Shown here: piece by piece, positions 37,823 through 52,000 of the stretch | Numbering within the stretch: the first letter of the stretch is position 1 | How the letters are laid out: every line of letters begins with the position of its first letter | Assembly: GCF_006345805.1 (NCBI RefSeq) | Contig: NC_043002.1 | Location: 96,286,001 to 96,350,000, forward strand | DNA from: Octopus sinensis | Lineage: Eukaryota | Length of the DNA stretch: 64,000 nucleotides | Direction: 5' to 3' | Made by a program: the position numbers and the translations under genes | Notes under the pieces: model-generated | Told to the model about the DNA's origin: nothing | Database searches by the model: none | What the model saw: only the letters and a program-made list of their open reading frames with translations

Positions 37823-38240
37823 GTGTTCAGAAAGTTTTATCTGAATAGATATAAAAACAAATGTAAATTACATTTATCTTTATAGTTTTAATCAAGAATG
37901 TAACCCCCGTCGTTTTCAGTGCCTGCAGCCCAATCGAAAAGTAACTTTTTTTTATGTCATGTTCAAAGAAACCTATTTCTTGCCCTCTCTTTCTAATGTT
38001 TTGCCTATTACAAGATGTTCTAATGATTGGAACAGACAGAAATCTGTTGGTGTTAAGTCAAGTGAGCATGGAGGATGTGGAAGAATTTCCCATCTTTACA
38101 ATCTTATTTTTTTCTTAGTTTGTTTTGAAGAGTGTGGCCATGCATTGTCATGCTGGAGAATAACATCATTTCTGTTTACCAAAGTTGGCTACTTCCAACT
38201 TCATTGGTGTTGGACGATTGGTGCTTGATATTGCAGACAT
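37822..38240 (-). mobile_element. Mariner transposase C-terminal remnant immediately upstream of copy B exon 1
   Basis: Minus strand encodes VILQHDNAWPHS (HDNARPH-like) and a decayed mariner C-terminus. Confidence 0.65.
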
Positions 38241-38484
38241 CTAATTATATCTCGATTATATCTTGAAAGTTGTAGAAGCAGTAAGACTCATCATAGGAGA
38301 GAGCTCAGTGATTGTTATCTTTTGATACATAGTTACATCTTAACTTTTTCTTTTTTATATTAATTTATTTTTATATTCATTATTCATTATTTATTGATTA
38401 CAAAAATATGAAATATTAAATATGAAGTATGCAATATGGAATATTTGATTGTAATTCCTTTATATTCTTTATATTCTATTGCAG

Positions 38485-38791
38485 ATCAGCAAATATGTTA
38501 CAAAATTCTTTAAGACCAAATTTATACAGCTTAACTTCAAAGATTATTTCGAAATCTGGGACTACACAAAAATGTCAAAAGAATGTCTCATGGTTGTTAA
38601 ATCATGGCAAATATAAAAGTTGTTCATCTATTCCCATTTCATGTTACCCATTTAGTACAACATGCTGTCTACAGCAGACTAAAGCGGGTATTATTGAAAG
38701 TGCATACAAACCACTAACTATACCTGACAATGTGGACTTTGGTTCTTTTATACTCTCTCAATTAGAACAATACAAAGACAGGCCACTCATT
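38485..38791 (+). CDS. Copy B coding exon 1 (ATG at 38495; aa 1-99, MLQNSLRP...KDRPLI)
   Basis: Pyrimidine-rich tract plus CAG acceptor ending at 38484, ATG 10 nt later, donor ATT|gtaagt. The 3' part ([22 protein letters not shown]) resembles the usual N-terminus of 4CL/luciferase-like enzymes. Confidence 0.8.
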
Positions 38792-41700
38792 GTAAGTATG
38801 AATATATATATTTTTACCTTTTTCCTTTTACTTGTTTCTATCTGTTTCTTTTTGCCAAACTGCTAGGTTGCAGGGATGGAAATGAATCAGGACCAGCTGT
38901 TAAATGGTGGTGGAGGACAAACACACACACTCGTGTATGTATGTATGTATGTATGGACGGACAGCCGTATAAATGAATGAAGCATCTAAGTAAGTGTTGA
39001 ATCTCTACCTTCCTCCTCACCCACACCTACATACTGCAGTGTAAGTCGTCGGTGGAGGTTTGGTGTAGCACTGGAAGGGGTTTTCTGTTTGTTTATTATC
39101 CTTGTTGTATTACCACTGCAGGCTATAGACTCTGTGTGTGTGTGTGTGTGTGTGTTGTCCTCATTGCCATCTTCATCCTCATTATTCTTATATAGTATTT
39201 TATTATACAGTGTTGCTACCATCACTTGACTTTAAGCTAATTATGAAGTAAATGTATGTAATTAAAACTGATAATTTGCATCTCAAGTCCAAGCACTGAT
39301 CACCACTGATAGAAGATTTAATATCTTACTTATAAAGTCTGTATGGAGTGAAGGTGGTGGTTGTGGTGACAACAGTGGCTGATTGCGATGATGGTGATGA
39401 TGGTGGTGGTATATGAGTAGAGGTAATGGTTGAAGGTATTGGTGGTTCGGCAGTAGTGTTTGGCAGTGGTGGTAGGAAAGTAATCTTTTTAGCAAAATTT
39501 ATGGTTGAGAATCAAAGTAGGAGTCTTTTTTTTTTAAGTACAACAAATAAAATGTTTGAATGTCACTCAAAAGAACTGCACCAGCAACAACATTTCATTA
39601 TGACCACCACCACCACCATTACCACTACCACCGCTGCTACCAGCACCACTGTCACCACCACCACCACTACCACCAGAGTGAGAGTAAGAGAGAGAGAGAG
39701 AGAGAGTGAGTGAAAGAAAGTGAGAGAAAGTGAGAAAAGAAAAAGAAAGAGTTGCCAAAGTGAGACAGAGCTACTAGATTTAGGTTTTATGATACTTTAA
39801 CTAAGCATATTTACAAAACTAGGCATGAATCTCCGAGCAATTTTTCAGCTTCTGTTTAAGCATTATATATATTTTAAAAACAAGGATGCTGGACAGTCAG
39901 AAAATAGGAAAGAAACATGAAAAAAATACAAAAAATTGAATGAGAAGAAAGAAAAAACTTTGACATATTTTCTGTTATTTTGTTCTATAAAGCTGTATTA
40001 ATTGTGGTTTTGGAAATCAGGGAGGATAGGATCCTAGTTTTCTTCATTTCATTTCCTTCTTCTCCTTCCATTTTTGGCAAAAACCTTCTTCATCTTGTTG
40101 TTCACATTTTTTTTTATTTTCTCACTGTCCAACATCTTTGTTTTTAATATATATATATATATCACGTGATCACGTGACCGACCAAACCATCAGATGTTGC
40201 TACACATCGCTGGTCACAATGCGTTCGCATTGTTTTAGCCTTCGAATGACGCCACCTCACTAGCTAGGCGAGCAGGCTAATATATATATATATAATGCAT
40301 ACACAGTGCCTTAAAGATTGCTTGGAAATACAGGGCATATTTTATAAATATGCCTTGTTGAAGTGTCATAAAAGCATGAAACTATTAGTAGCTTTTTTGG
40401 GTTGTGTATTAAATTGATATTCATCTCTCACTGGATGGAGTACTTTTTTTGTTGATTCTACCTTTACATTGGCTCTATAAACTATACATATATATATATA
40501 TACAGGATGTGGTGAACAAATTGTCTAAATTACACAAAAATGAAAAAAAAATTAAAATCTCATTTTAATTGATATGTTTATCAAAATTACATAAAAATAT
40601 TTTGAAATACTAAAGAGTAAATTTATTCAATAGCATCGCCATTGGTTTCAACCATGGTCTCCCAACGACTTCGAAATTTCCTGCAACTCTTCTGGACAGT
40701 CTAACACTGTTTTTATCATTTTTACATGTATGGAAGACAACTTCAGATATATTTTGGTTTTATTATGGCCTCATCAGTGAAGTTATAGACATTATTGCAT
40801 TTGCTGAAATAGCAATGGGAGATCTGGTAGTACATTAAACAGACCACCAAATGATTATTTAGAATTGCTCTCCCAAATCCAAAATGATCAATTCTTGTAC
40901 TTTTGTTGTGTGTTTCATAAAATTTACATAATTTAATTTAAAAATTAAATCATAAAATGCATTTTAAAATTATTTGTAAATTTAGTGAAGTGTTAATAAC
41001 AAAGTTATTTAGAGAGACACCACCCCAAACACATATATGATGGGCTTCTTTCAATTTCCATCTACCAATTCCACTCAGAAGACATTGGTTGGCTCAGGGT
41101 TATAATATAAGCTACTTTCTCAAAATACCAGGCAATGGGACTGAATCTAAAACTTTATGGTTGAGAACTAGACTTAATTAATTAAAAGATATAAAACAAC
41201 ATTACTCAAAAGTTATATTTCTTCTATCAAAACAAGTTAACAGGAAGGGCATCCAGCCATGAAAACCATGTCAAGACTGTGACATACTCAGTAAAGATGG
41301 TCATTTTCCTCTTTCTTTGTGTCCCACATGGTGGAGGTCTATGGCAAATGTTGAGACACTAACAGATCAGTTCAACCTATTCCAGAAGCGAAAAGTGGAC
41401 ATACATAAAATGATGATGATGATGATGATTGGGTGGGGTTCATTGCTGCTGATGATAATGATGATAATGATGGTCATGGTGGTGGTGCTGGTGATGGTGA
41501 TGAAGGTAATGACGACGACAATGACAATTATGATTAATTTTACATGTTGCTGTTTAATTAATCAATTTCTTTTTCTTTTCTAATTCAACAGGAAAATGGT
41601 TTGACTGGAGTTAAATATTCATATTCAGATGTAATTTCTAAGTCTTTAAAAGTAGCAAGTGCTTTTAAGAAATCTGGATATAAACCTGGAGATGTCATGG

Positions 41701-44700
41701 CAGTATTTTCTACAAATAATCCCGAATACTTGCTTGTATATATTGCAGCAGCTGCAGCTGGATTGACAACTACGACGATGAACTCAGCCTATTCAGCAAG
41801 TATGGTCATTATTTTATATTTCACAGTTGCACTCTTATAGGCAGCAAGTTGGCAGAGTCATTAGAGCATTAGGTAGAATGCATTACAGTATTCATTCCAG
41901 CTATTTGCATCCTGAATTTAAGTCACACTGATGACGACTTTAATCTTTATCCTTTCAAGGTTGATAGACATAATGTCAGTCTGGGGAAGTGAGGGTAGAG
42001 AGGGAAGTGCTGTCTCGCAGCAATTTTGTTAAAAGTTAGGTGAATGTTACAAGAATGGTGGCAAGCTGGCAGAAACATTAACATGCCAGGTGAAATGCTT
42101 AGCAATATTTTGTCTGTCTTTATGTTCTGAGTTCAAATTCTACCAAGTTCAACTTTGCCTTTCATCCTTTTGGGGTTGATAAATTAAATACCAGTTGCAT
42201 ACTGAAGTCAATCTAATCGACTGGACCCCTCCCTAACAATTTTGGGCCTTGTGCCTAGAGTAGAAAAAAATGTTACAAGAATAGTGCAGTTGAACAGGCC
42301 TACTCTAAGTATGTGCTTGTAGGAGAGGGCTCTTGCTCGAGTGGTCAGGGTAGCCATGATTTTGTGGTGTCTCCATGAGCAACCCTAAGAATTCACCCTC
42401 TTTTGGGGAATATTCATTATTATAATTTCATTGTGTTACTGTTTTTGTACTTTTTGCATGCTTTTTGTGTAACCACACATTGTATTGTCCCGTACTGTCC
42501 CCAATGTTTTTTGTGAACGCTTCGCGGTTGATAAGAATACATTATTAGTATTATCCTTATTATTAAGGTGGCAAGCTGGCAGAATCATTAGCACGCTGGG
42601 TGAAATGCTTAGCAGTATTTCATCCGTCTTTACATTCTGAGTTCAAATTGCACTGAGGTCAACTTTGCCTTTCATCCTTTCGGGATTCGTAAATCAAGTA
42701 CCAGTTGTGTACTGGGTCGATCTAATCGAGTGGCCCCTCCCTAAAAGTTTTGGGCCTTATGCCTAGAGTAAAAAAGATTATTATTATTATTAGTTGTAGT
42801 GGTGGTGGTAGTGACAGCAGCAGGAGTGGTAGTAGTAGTAGTTGTTGTAGTAGCAGTAGCAGCAGTAAGGTGGTGAGCAGGCAGAATTGCTTCCATGCCA
42901 GACAAAATGCTTAGTAGCCTTTCTTCCAACTTCAGGTTCTGAGGCCAAATTCCATTGCAGTTAATTTTGCCTTTCATCCTTTCAGGTTTGGTAAAATAAG
43001 CTGAGCACTAGAATCCAGTCCTCTTACATTAACCACTATACTCAGTCTTTTCTTTCCGGAATATGTGTATAAGCAGACAAGGAATAAAACCTTTGGATAA
43101 ATGTTAGAGTTTTTGAATTGTTTCATGGGGGCACCAGCACACATGTGTGAAAGCCAGGACAGATTTTCTCTCTGAATGTGTTTTTCTTGCGAGCATAGAC
43201 TTGCAATAATTTAATGCTTTTGTTACCAACCTACTTAAAACTGGATATTGTGCAAAGATAAGCCTTCTTGTTTTTAAGTGATCTAAATTAAGACCTTCCT
43301 TTAAAATTCTATGTTAATTTATGTCCCAAACATCAGCTTAATACTCATCATCATTGTTGTTTAACATCTGCTCTCCATGCTGGCATGTGTTGGGCAGTTT
43401 GACATGGACCTGACTATTAAGGAGCTGTCCAGACTCCAAGTGTCTGTTGTGGATACCCTCCCTAATACCAAAGTTATGTTACTAAATTCTTCATGATTTT
43501 CAGAATTAATTAAAATAGGCAGTGTATTTCAGCATAAATATGGTAACAAATGGCTTAAGCAGAATGTTCACTGCATCAATTCTATCCATTTCAGAGAGCC
43601 TGTGAAAGCGTTCCTGAAACCCAAATTAGAATTAGTGAAGAAAAAACAATAAAAAAGGGTGTTAATAATTATTATTATTTGTTGGATTTGATTGGATTTT
43701 ATGGTAGAACATGGGTGCATGCATATGTTTATGATTAAGATGTTTGTTGCATAACTATAGATTCAAGCTTAATTCCCCCAAACAGCAACATTGAGTAAGA
43801 GTTTTGCACTTATAACCTTGAATAGAATGATACTTTGTGAGTGAAATTTGGGATATGAAAGCTGTGTGGAGATCCATCAAAAAAAACCATTCTTGTTTGG
43901 GTAGCAGACATAATCTGCTGTCAATTTTAACACCACTCTCTAGTCTTTTAGATTTCAATCTATTTCCAGCATTTGAGCTTGGACATCTGTTTCGGAGATA
44001 ACATCTTTCCTTCTCCCACTTGTCTTTGAGGTCTGTTATTCATCTGAACAAGAAGTTTGTTGAAAACAAAAAGCAAACCACTGGCAAAATGAACATAACC
44101 AAGAAGTTTATTTTAAAAAAGAAGTAAAGAAGCCATATTTTTCTGTAGCAAAGAAATGTTGGTTAAGTTATATATTATCATTAATCAGGAAGGAAGGACA
44201 GGGCCATGGTTCTTTACAATATCATTAAGACGTATGGGAGGGAGAGAAAAAGATGTGCTCACACTGGAGACCTGATCTGAATGCTTGTAGCACTATGGTC
44301 TCTGCTAAAGATACCCAAAAGCCAGGTAATGGTGTTAAACTGGGTGACAGATTAAGTTTACCACCCAATTAGGTGCGATCAGAATGCAAAGGGCCGGAAC
44401 AACTACCACAAGGTATCTCTGATACTCTAATGTTTCTGCCAGTCCACCACTTTATACTGGGACTTTGATTGATTAGTTTACTTAATGACTAAGAGATTGC
44501 CATGACAGCTTTGTTACTTAGTAGAAATGGGACACTGAGACACCATGGTAAACAACCTATTTATACAATTTAAAGAAGGGGCCTTGACATCATTGTCGAA
44601 TGTGCTGGAGAAAGCAGCCAAATCTACCTCATTTCACACCATACATATATGTATGAACCTCTTCATGGTCACTCAATTTGCTAAAAATAGCAGCCACATC

Positions 44701-47568
44701 TCCCTTAAACCACATATTCCTACAATATTGGGATGGGACACCTTTGATTACAGGCCTGTTGGATTGACGTTGACCTGAGGCTAAGCAATAATATCACCAA
44801 CAATACCATATTTATACTTATGGAACTTTGTTCTTTTATTGTTTATATAGAATAATATTTTCAAGCTAGTATGGTGTTAAATTCTGTATATATTGGATAT
44901 TGACTGGAATGTCCAATGACTAGGAAAGGTAGAGAATATATTGTTGAAATAGAGTTTGAGTTGCTCAAAAGAAATTCTCTAATTTTCTACCTATTCACAC
45001 CTGTTACAGGTTTCCAATTGAATGTTGTTTTATTCATATAGAATCAAATACCAAAATTTTAAGACCAAAATGTTGTTTGCAGAAATTATTTAGAAACTTG
45101 TCTTTGTTTTGTAGAGGAGTTGAAATTTCATTTGGAGAATTCTGAGTGCTGTGCAATAATAACTACAGAAGAGTTGGTATCAACGGTTAAGGAGGCTGTG
45201 GGTACCAGTGAAACTGTTAAACTGAAGGTCTGTGTATCATTTAAGCTTACTTGATAACATCATATCATTTTCATAATTGTAAAGAGAAAGGAAGAAAATA
45301 TCAAAACAGTATTATGAATCTGTAAGGTAGACCACAGGAAATTAAATTACTGTGACTGATAGAAATAAAGGACTTAACATTCCTGAAAGAAGACCCATTT
45401 TTGTTATATGATGGAAAAAGATATATACAACTGAAAAGCTGGAAGGAAATGAATTGCGAACTCTTAGCAAATAGGTGCTGGCATAGATGTATTGTTAAAA
45501 CATATTCCAACCTCTGGTCCTCAACTATACTGTCTCCTGTTTCTATTCACTCACAGACACACTCCAGCTTCTCACCCGCAGGCATGCTATCTCCTCTCTA
45601 TTGCTACAATACTGACCTCTGTTCCTCGGAGTTAGCTGCTCTTGTACTTCCTCAACTCAGGTACTCCTGACACATTCATCTCTCTGCCCCTCATCTCTTT
45701 GTTGTACCCACTCCCCCAGGCCCTGCACTAGCCACTATACTTAGTCTTTTCTCTCTAGTCAATCTGACTGTGCAGACTAAACTTTGGACAAGTATCTAAT
45801 GCCATAGCTTTGGGTTGATCAATGCTTTGTGAATAGTATTTGCTAGACAGAAACTGTATGGAAGACTGTTGTATATAATGTGTGTGTACCTTTCACTGAT
45901 GTATATCAGTGTAAGATAAAGACATTGTTGAGAAAACAAAAGAAATGAACAGTGCTTTACAGACAAAGTCTGTGAAGGTAATATTTGTATCAAGTTCTAT
46001 ACACCATTATCATTCTTGCTTTTTGTTAAGAGAAATATAGTGAACCAGTGATTAGCTAATTGGAAAGCTGTAACACATAATAACACCATGTTCACAAATT
46101 ATAATATAAAATAAATGAAAACTAAAATAAATAAATTTCACTATGTAACAAAATTTTAATTGATTTTATTTTTGTCTTTGGTCAGTAAGTGTTATTTCCT
46201 ATTTGCTTCTATCTAGAAATAAAAGGAAATGACTACTGTTCCCTTCAAACTTGACCTGGACATCAATGTTTCAAAACTGACCTATTTTCCATTAGATTTC
46301 AGACAGATTCAGGGCTGAGTTGCTGAAATAGAAATATCGTTATAGCAAATATTCTGCTCAACACCACAGATTTGCTTGTCAGTTGTTTGACCTTAACCAC
46401 TTGAGCATGTCCCTTAGTGGTTGATAATATGTACATCTCTGATCATGAGCAGGAGTAGTGGTGGGAGCATCATAGCCAAGTGTTGAGAGGGATTCTTTGG
46501 GGTTTGAATAAATGTAACAAAAGCAAAGTTTGGGGGAAATATTAGCCGTTTTTCATGCTTTGTAGGGGTAAGCAAATAGAAAATAGCAGTCGTTACCCAA
46601 GGACAAAAATCATGTTACACAGTGTTATTACCTTAATAAATCAACTGACCTAAATAAGTTTGTATTATCACAAATGCTCACCTCTAGGAAAAGGCATTTT
46701 GAAGACTTTTTCAGCTCATATAAACCTCATCATTTTCACATCAACTTTTCCATGCTTGCTTGAATTGAATGGGTCCTATCTTACCATTTACTGTATTCCT
46801 TGTCATTGCCTTTGTGAAGTTCAACGTTTTGAGATCAGCTACCGCTACCTCTGCCCATATGTTCCTGGGGATTTTTCTTCTATAATTACCTTCCACTTGG
46901 AGTACTTTTCTACCCATTTATGATCATCCATATACATTACATGTCCGCACCAGCACAATGATATCTCTTGTTCATTATATCTGATTCATTTTATTCATCT
47001 TATGTTCAATTTATTTCTCAGCTTATCTGTGCCATATCACTTGTGCACCCTAACATTACACATCTAGCAAAGCATACTTACTTCATTTCTCTCCAGCCTT
47101 TACACATCCTCTGCATTCATTGCCAATATGCAACATCAGTCTCTGTATGCAAACAACATTCAATCGACGCTTCAGTCAAAAAGAAATTTTTCATACCCTG
47201 CTCTTATATTGGTTACTATGCTTTTAGAGCAACATACCCCACAACTGGTTAGGTCATCTTAGTAATATATTATTTACTACTTCTTGCAAGTATTGTAAAC
47301 AATTTATTTTTGTACTGGAATAGTTAACTCTGTTAATTGTTTCTGTACATATCAACATAAATAATATCAGCTGTTACAATATATATTGCTGTAACTAATG
47401 TTATTGCTTCTGCTACCACAGTTGATACTACCTGCTGTTCTTTAATCCAGAACATATGTTTGAAACTACAAAGTACTAGGACTAAATAATCAGAAGCAAA
47501 ATATGTTAAATTGATGTACTTAATCTTTAACATACCAAAGAAAGAGATGAATAAAATCTTCCCTCCAT

Positions 47569-47632
<64 letters not shown>

Positions 47633-49023
47633 ATTCGCTTGATTTCTCATCTTTAATCTCCACTTTGCCTCACTCTGTTCTCTTTATTACTTTCTCCAAT
47701 ATTTCGTACTCACAACTGCACCCACTGGGACACTCTCTCTGTTCATTTTTGCAGCAGACATCAACCTAATGCATTGACCTTTGTGAGGGCCTTCACTGAT
47801 CATAAATGCCAACTCTCCTACTCCAATTTATTAATTTGAAAAGTATAACACTATATATATATTTATTAATCGAAGTGTACATTGTTATATATTCATTACA
47901 GCCAATCTTACCAATAAGTTTCTCACTTAGGGGTTCACTGGGGTGTTAGGTAACAGCCCATTTATGTAACCCTGCCATCTTCATGGGTAGCGATTATGGA
48001 ATGAAATATTGTGACTGCTCTCTGTTGTTAGAAGTGAACAGACACATCCAATTTGTGGTTGCTGTGGAAAGACAGTGAACCAAATCAAGCAGGGGATTAA
48101 ATTAAAAGTTATGTCCCTTAGTATCAAAACGTCATTTGGGGTCGGGGTTTGTTGCAAGTCAGCAAGAGTTTTCTGGAAATGAGTTCATGGGAAATGTTTA
48201 TCTTTAAATCTGGTGTTCATGTGGAAATGGAACATGTGGTACTTTGCTTATTGCAGCAGTCCTTCAGTTTTCTAAGGCTTGGAAGGTTGGACCTCCAATT
48301 AGGCCTTTTGCAATCCCTTCAAAGCTAAGAACTGTTCAGCACACCCTTGTATGTGTGTGTGTGTGTGTGTGTGTGCGTACGTATGTATGTCTGTCTGTCT
48401 GTCTGTCGTAGAAGTCAACTCATGATTAAGTAGGTTCACTTGTACATGCAAATATTCCAAGAATCCAAAAAGTTCTTGTGTGTGAATTTGTTTTGTGTGG
48501 ATAAAATGTTGCACAGCACTGAACCTACTTTGTGGCACAACAGAGATTAAGATGACCAGAAACCAACTGCATTTCAAGTATATGAGTTTATCTTCTAGAA
48601 ATAAGCAGAGAGATATATTCTTTCTACATGTAAATACTGAACAATATATTTAAAGGACAAAATCCTTTATATATACTGTTCAGTATTTACATGTTGAAAA
48701 AATTATATCTTTCTTCTTATTCTGCAATACATTTCAACACTTCAAAAACAAACTTATGTTTGTTTACTTATGATGTATTTTAGAAATAAGTTCTAACAAG
48801 AGGTAATGATCCTTCACTCCCAGTGGTTCATATGCTAGTTAACTCAAGGACAGGGCCCTAACAAATGCTATTATTCTGGATCAAAGTAGACCCTGGAACA
48901 ATAATGGATAAGAAGTGGTTTCACATTCCTCAAAACACTAGAAATGGCCATACCAGAGTTCCATTACTAGATGCATGCATACATATGTACGTATGTACAT
49001 ACATGCATACATACATACATACA

Positions 49024-49054
<31 letters not shown>

Positions 49055-52000
49055 TGTTGTGTACAGTTTAGTTAGATGCAGTTTTTTCTATGTAGAACAC
49101 CAAAGCTTCCTATATGTACTCACAGAGAATACCTGTAGTGTGTAGTAAATATACAAATATATATATATAACTGCCAGGAGTTTAGATACAACAAAAGGTA
49201 GTAGACTTTCTTTGTTGCTGTTATTGATTCAAAAGACTGGAGTAATGTGAAATGAAGTGTTTTGTTTAAAAACATTATACATTGCCTGGTCTGAGAATTG
49301 GAACTTCACTCTTACAATTGTGTGTCTAATACTCTAACTCAGTGGTTCTCAACTAGGGTCCATATGGCCCTTGGGGTTCCATATAAGATTTCATTGTTAA
49401 AATTTATGTGTAATGAATTGGTTATACTTCTGCAGTACACAAAATATTTTAAAGGGGTCCATAGGTGAAAAATGGTTGAGAAGCAATTGTTAGGGTCTAA
49501 CCATTAAGCTACACACATGTACATCAATTTATGACTTATGCCATATGGTGACCATTTAACTTTGTGTTGTTGGAAACGACTGTCATGTCTTCATTGATCG
49601 ACAGTGTTGATGTTTCTGTTGATGGAGTCAATGTGTGGATGACACCTGGGTTTACTTTGTGTACAGATGACACCTGGATGAATGGAAGGTTAAGAGAGAG
49701 TGAAGAGTAGTATCATATGCTTAAGATTGTTATTAAAAGTGACAGCAAGAGAGTTATTGATGTACTGAAGGAACAGTGTGGTATATGTAATTAATCAAAA
49801 TAGGTAGTCAATCCATAGGTAAACGAAACAGGGGTCAAGTGCAACGATATTGTTTTTGTCAAATTTCTCCAGTGTGAAGGACCTCATGGAAATGAAAGTA
49901 TTTGGTAAACTTAGTTCTGCTGAAGACATACTATTGGTCATGAAGAGGTAGAGAAAACAAAGTTTTGAAAGAGATGATAGTTAACAAATGTTTCTGATTT
50001 CTTTGAGATATTAGAAAATAGAAAGGGTAAGTTAATACGCTGTCAGGATCAGTGAAGTCACTCATCATCTTTGAAATGTTCACAGTGAAGGCAACAAGTT
50101 GGTAGTTAGCAAGGTCAGAGGTGTTGCTTTTTTTCTGAATAGGATATGCTGTAGTGTATCTTCAAAGAAAGAGAGAGAGAGATTTAAAAGTTTGGTGCGG
50201 GTAGGAGTACACAGTTTGATGGTGATGGAAGGAATGCTTTAAAACCAATCACCTTGTTGTAGTGAAAAGATCTAGTTTTTTCACTTGTGGAAAGATTTGG
50301 GGTAGGAAGAAAGAATTTGAGTGAAATTTTGATGAGTGCATGCAGTGTGGTATTAGAAAACAACTTTGGATCGAAAAGTGATGGAGAAGAAAATTCTGCA
50401 CAGAATTCTTTTGATATAGATCTACTGAACAACTTTGCATGGCCTTTCAGTCTTATTTCATGAGCCTATTCTTCTTCCAGGAAATTATTGTGTTTGGGAA
50501 TTCACATGGTTGTCGTCCATTCTCAACTCTTGTAGAAGATGACGGAACTGCCTTAACAGAAGTTTACTCTGGCAACGCTAAAGAAGATGTTCTTGTATTA
50601 CCTTATTCAAGTGGAACAACTGGATTACCTAAAGGTGTCATGCTAACACATCATAATATCGTTTCAAACCTTCTACAACTTACGTGAGTTTATTCTTTTA
50701 CATGTTTCAGTCATTGGACTGTGGCCATCATGGGGACACCATATTTACAAGTTTAGTTGATCAGATCGATCCCAGCACTTATTTTTGCTAAGTCTAGTAT
50801 TTATTCTATCAATTTCTTTTTGCTGAACTGTTTGTTGTTTATAGATTTTTCTTTTTAAACAGCAACAAGAAAAAGTTATTGTCTGCTCAGATAAGCTCAT
50901 TTGAACTAAGTTTTTTCAATTATATTACATATGTGAAACCCCAACATATTTGTATTCCTTGCACCTGTTTAATTATAATAGTTCTGTTTAATTATAATTG
51001 CCACTTATCTATTACTGCAGGGAAGGAACAAAATATAGGGAAAATAATTGTGGGTTCAATAAGAAACATTCATTGTTTGATGCTTTCTGTCATTGTTTCA
51101 AAAAACAGTAAATATTTCTCATTGTTAATTGATGAATTTTAATGACTGTATTAATGTTAACAGAAGGTGCCTGAAAATGTTATTACCTTATCAGTATGGA
51201 GAGTAATTCCCACGCTTGCCAAAGATGATACTCATTCCTCACTGCAAATTCTTATTTTAAATCAATTTGGATTTAGAGTAGTTTCTCTTACCTTCTTAAC
51301 AATAATTATCATTAATGTTAACAAGAGTCATTAGAGCTTAAGATAGAATTTTACAGTATTTTTCTGACTTTCTCTGCTCTGAGTCTAAATCGTACTAAGG
51401 TCAACTTTGACATTCATCTTTTGAGTAATTGTTATTGTTAGACCAATTGCCATGCAGTATCTGTTCTGGCCACTTGCTTCCTTGTGCGGAACTGTATTGG
51501 ATTTTCCCTGTCTCTTGCATAACATCAGTAGCATAGAGTGGGAAGATTGGTATGCAAGGGCAACTTCTAGTCTTCCACAAAGGAAAAAAAGTTGTTGCTC
51601 AGGCCTGCACTTAGGAGAGGAGCTATAGATCTTCAGATTGTCTATAACGAATGACAAAGGATAAAACTTCATTTATAAAAAGTTTCAGGCATGATTTCTA
51701 CATTAATAGGCTAAACCCACCTCCACTACTACATCCAATTTAACTATATAATATCTACAGTGCTTGATGCCTTCCACATCTCTGTCTCTCTCTCTCCTTC
51801 ACTACTTAATATTCTTAGAAACCATCCTCAAAACTACTTGTTTTGATTTTTTTTCTTCTCTCTTCAATGTTATTAATGATGACACAAAAATTTCTTTTAT
51901 GATATGTTTATAAACTGCTTAAAATTTGCTATTAATTGCAGTATTCTTGATTTTGATACTTCTGATCGAATCCTTGGAATTCTTCCTTTTTACCACATCT

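Noticed and set aside
38429-38494. Upstream in-frame ATG (MQYGIFD...) extending exon 1
   Set aside because: The segment is an AT/pyrimidine-rich tract ending in a CAG acceptor and is most likely intron. It cannot be fully excluded without transcripts.
39283-39758. Poly-Thr, poly-His and Gly-rich ORFs
   Set aside because: These are (ACC)n, (GGT)n and (GA)n simple repeats in intron 1.
40160-40180. Tandem CACGTG E-boxes as an enhancer
   Set aside because: They appear to be the start of a short repeat-like insert between (TA)n tracts; there is no independent support for function.
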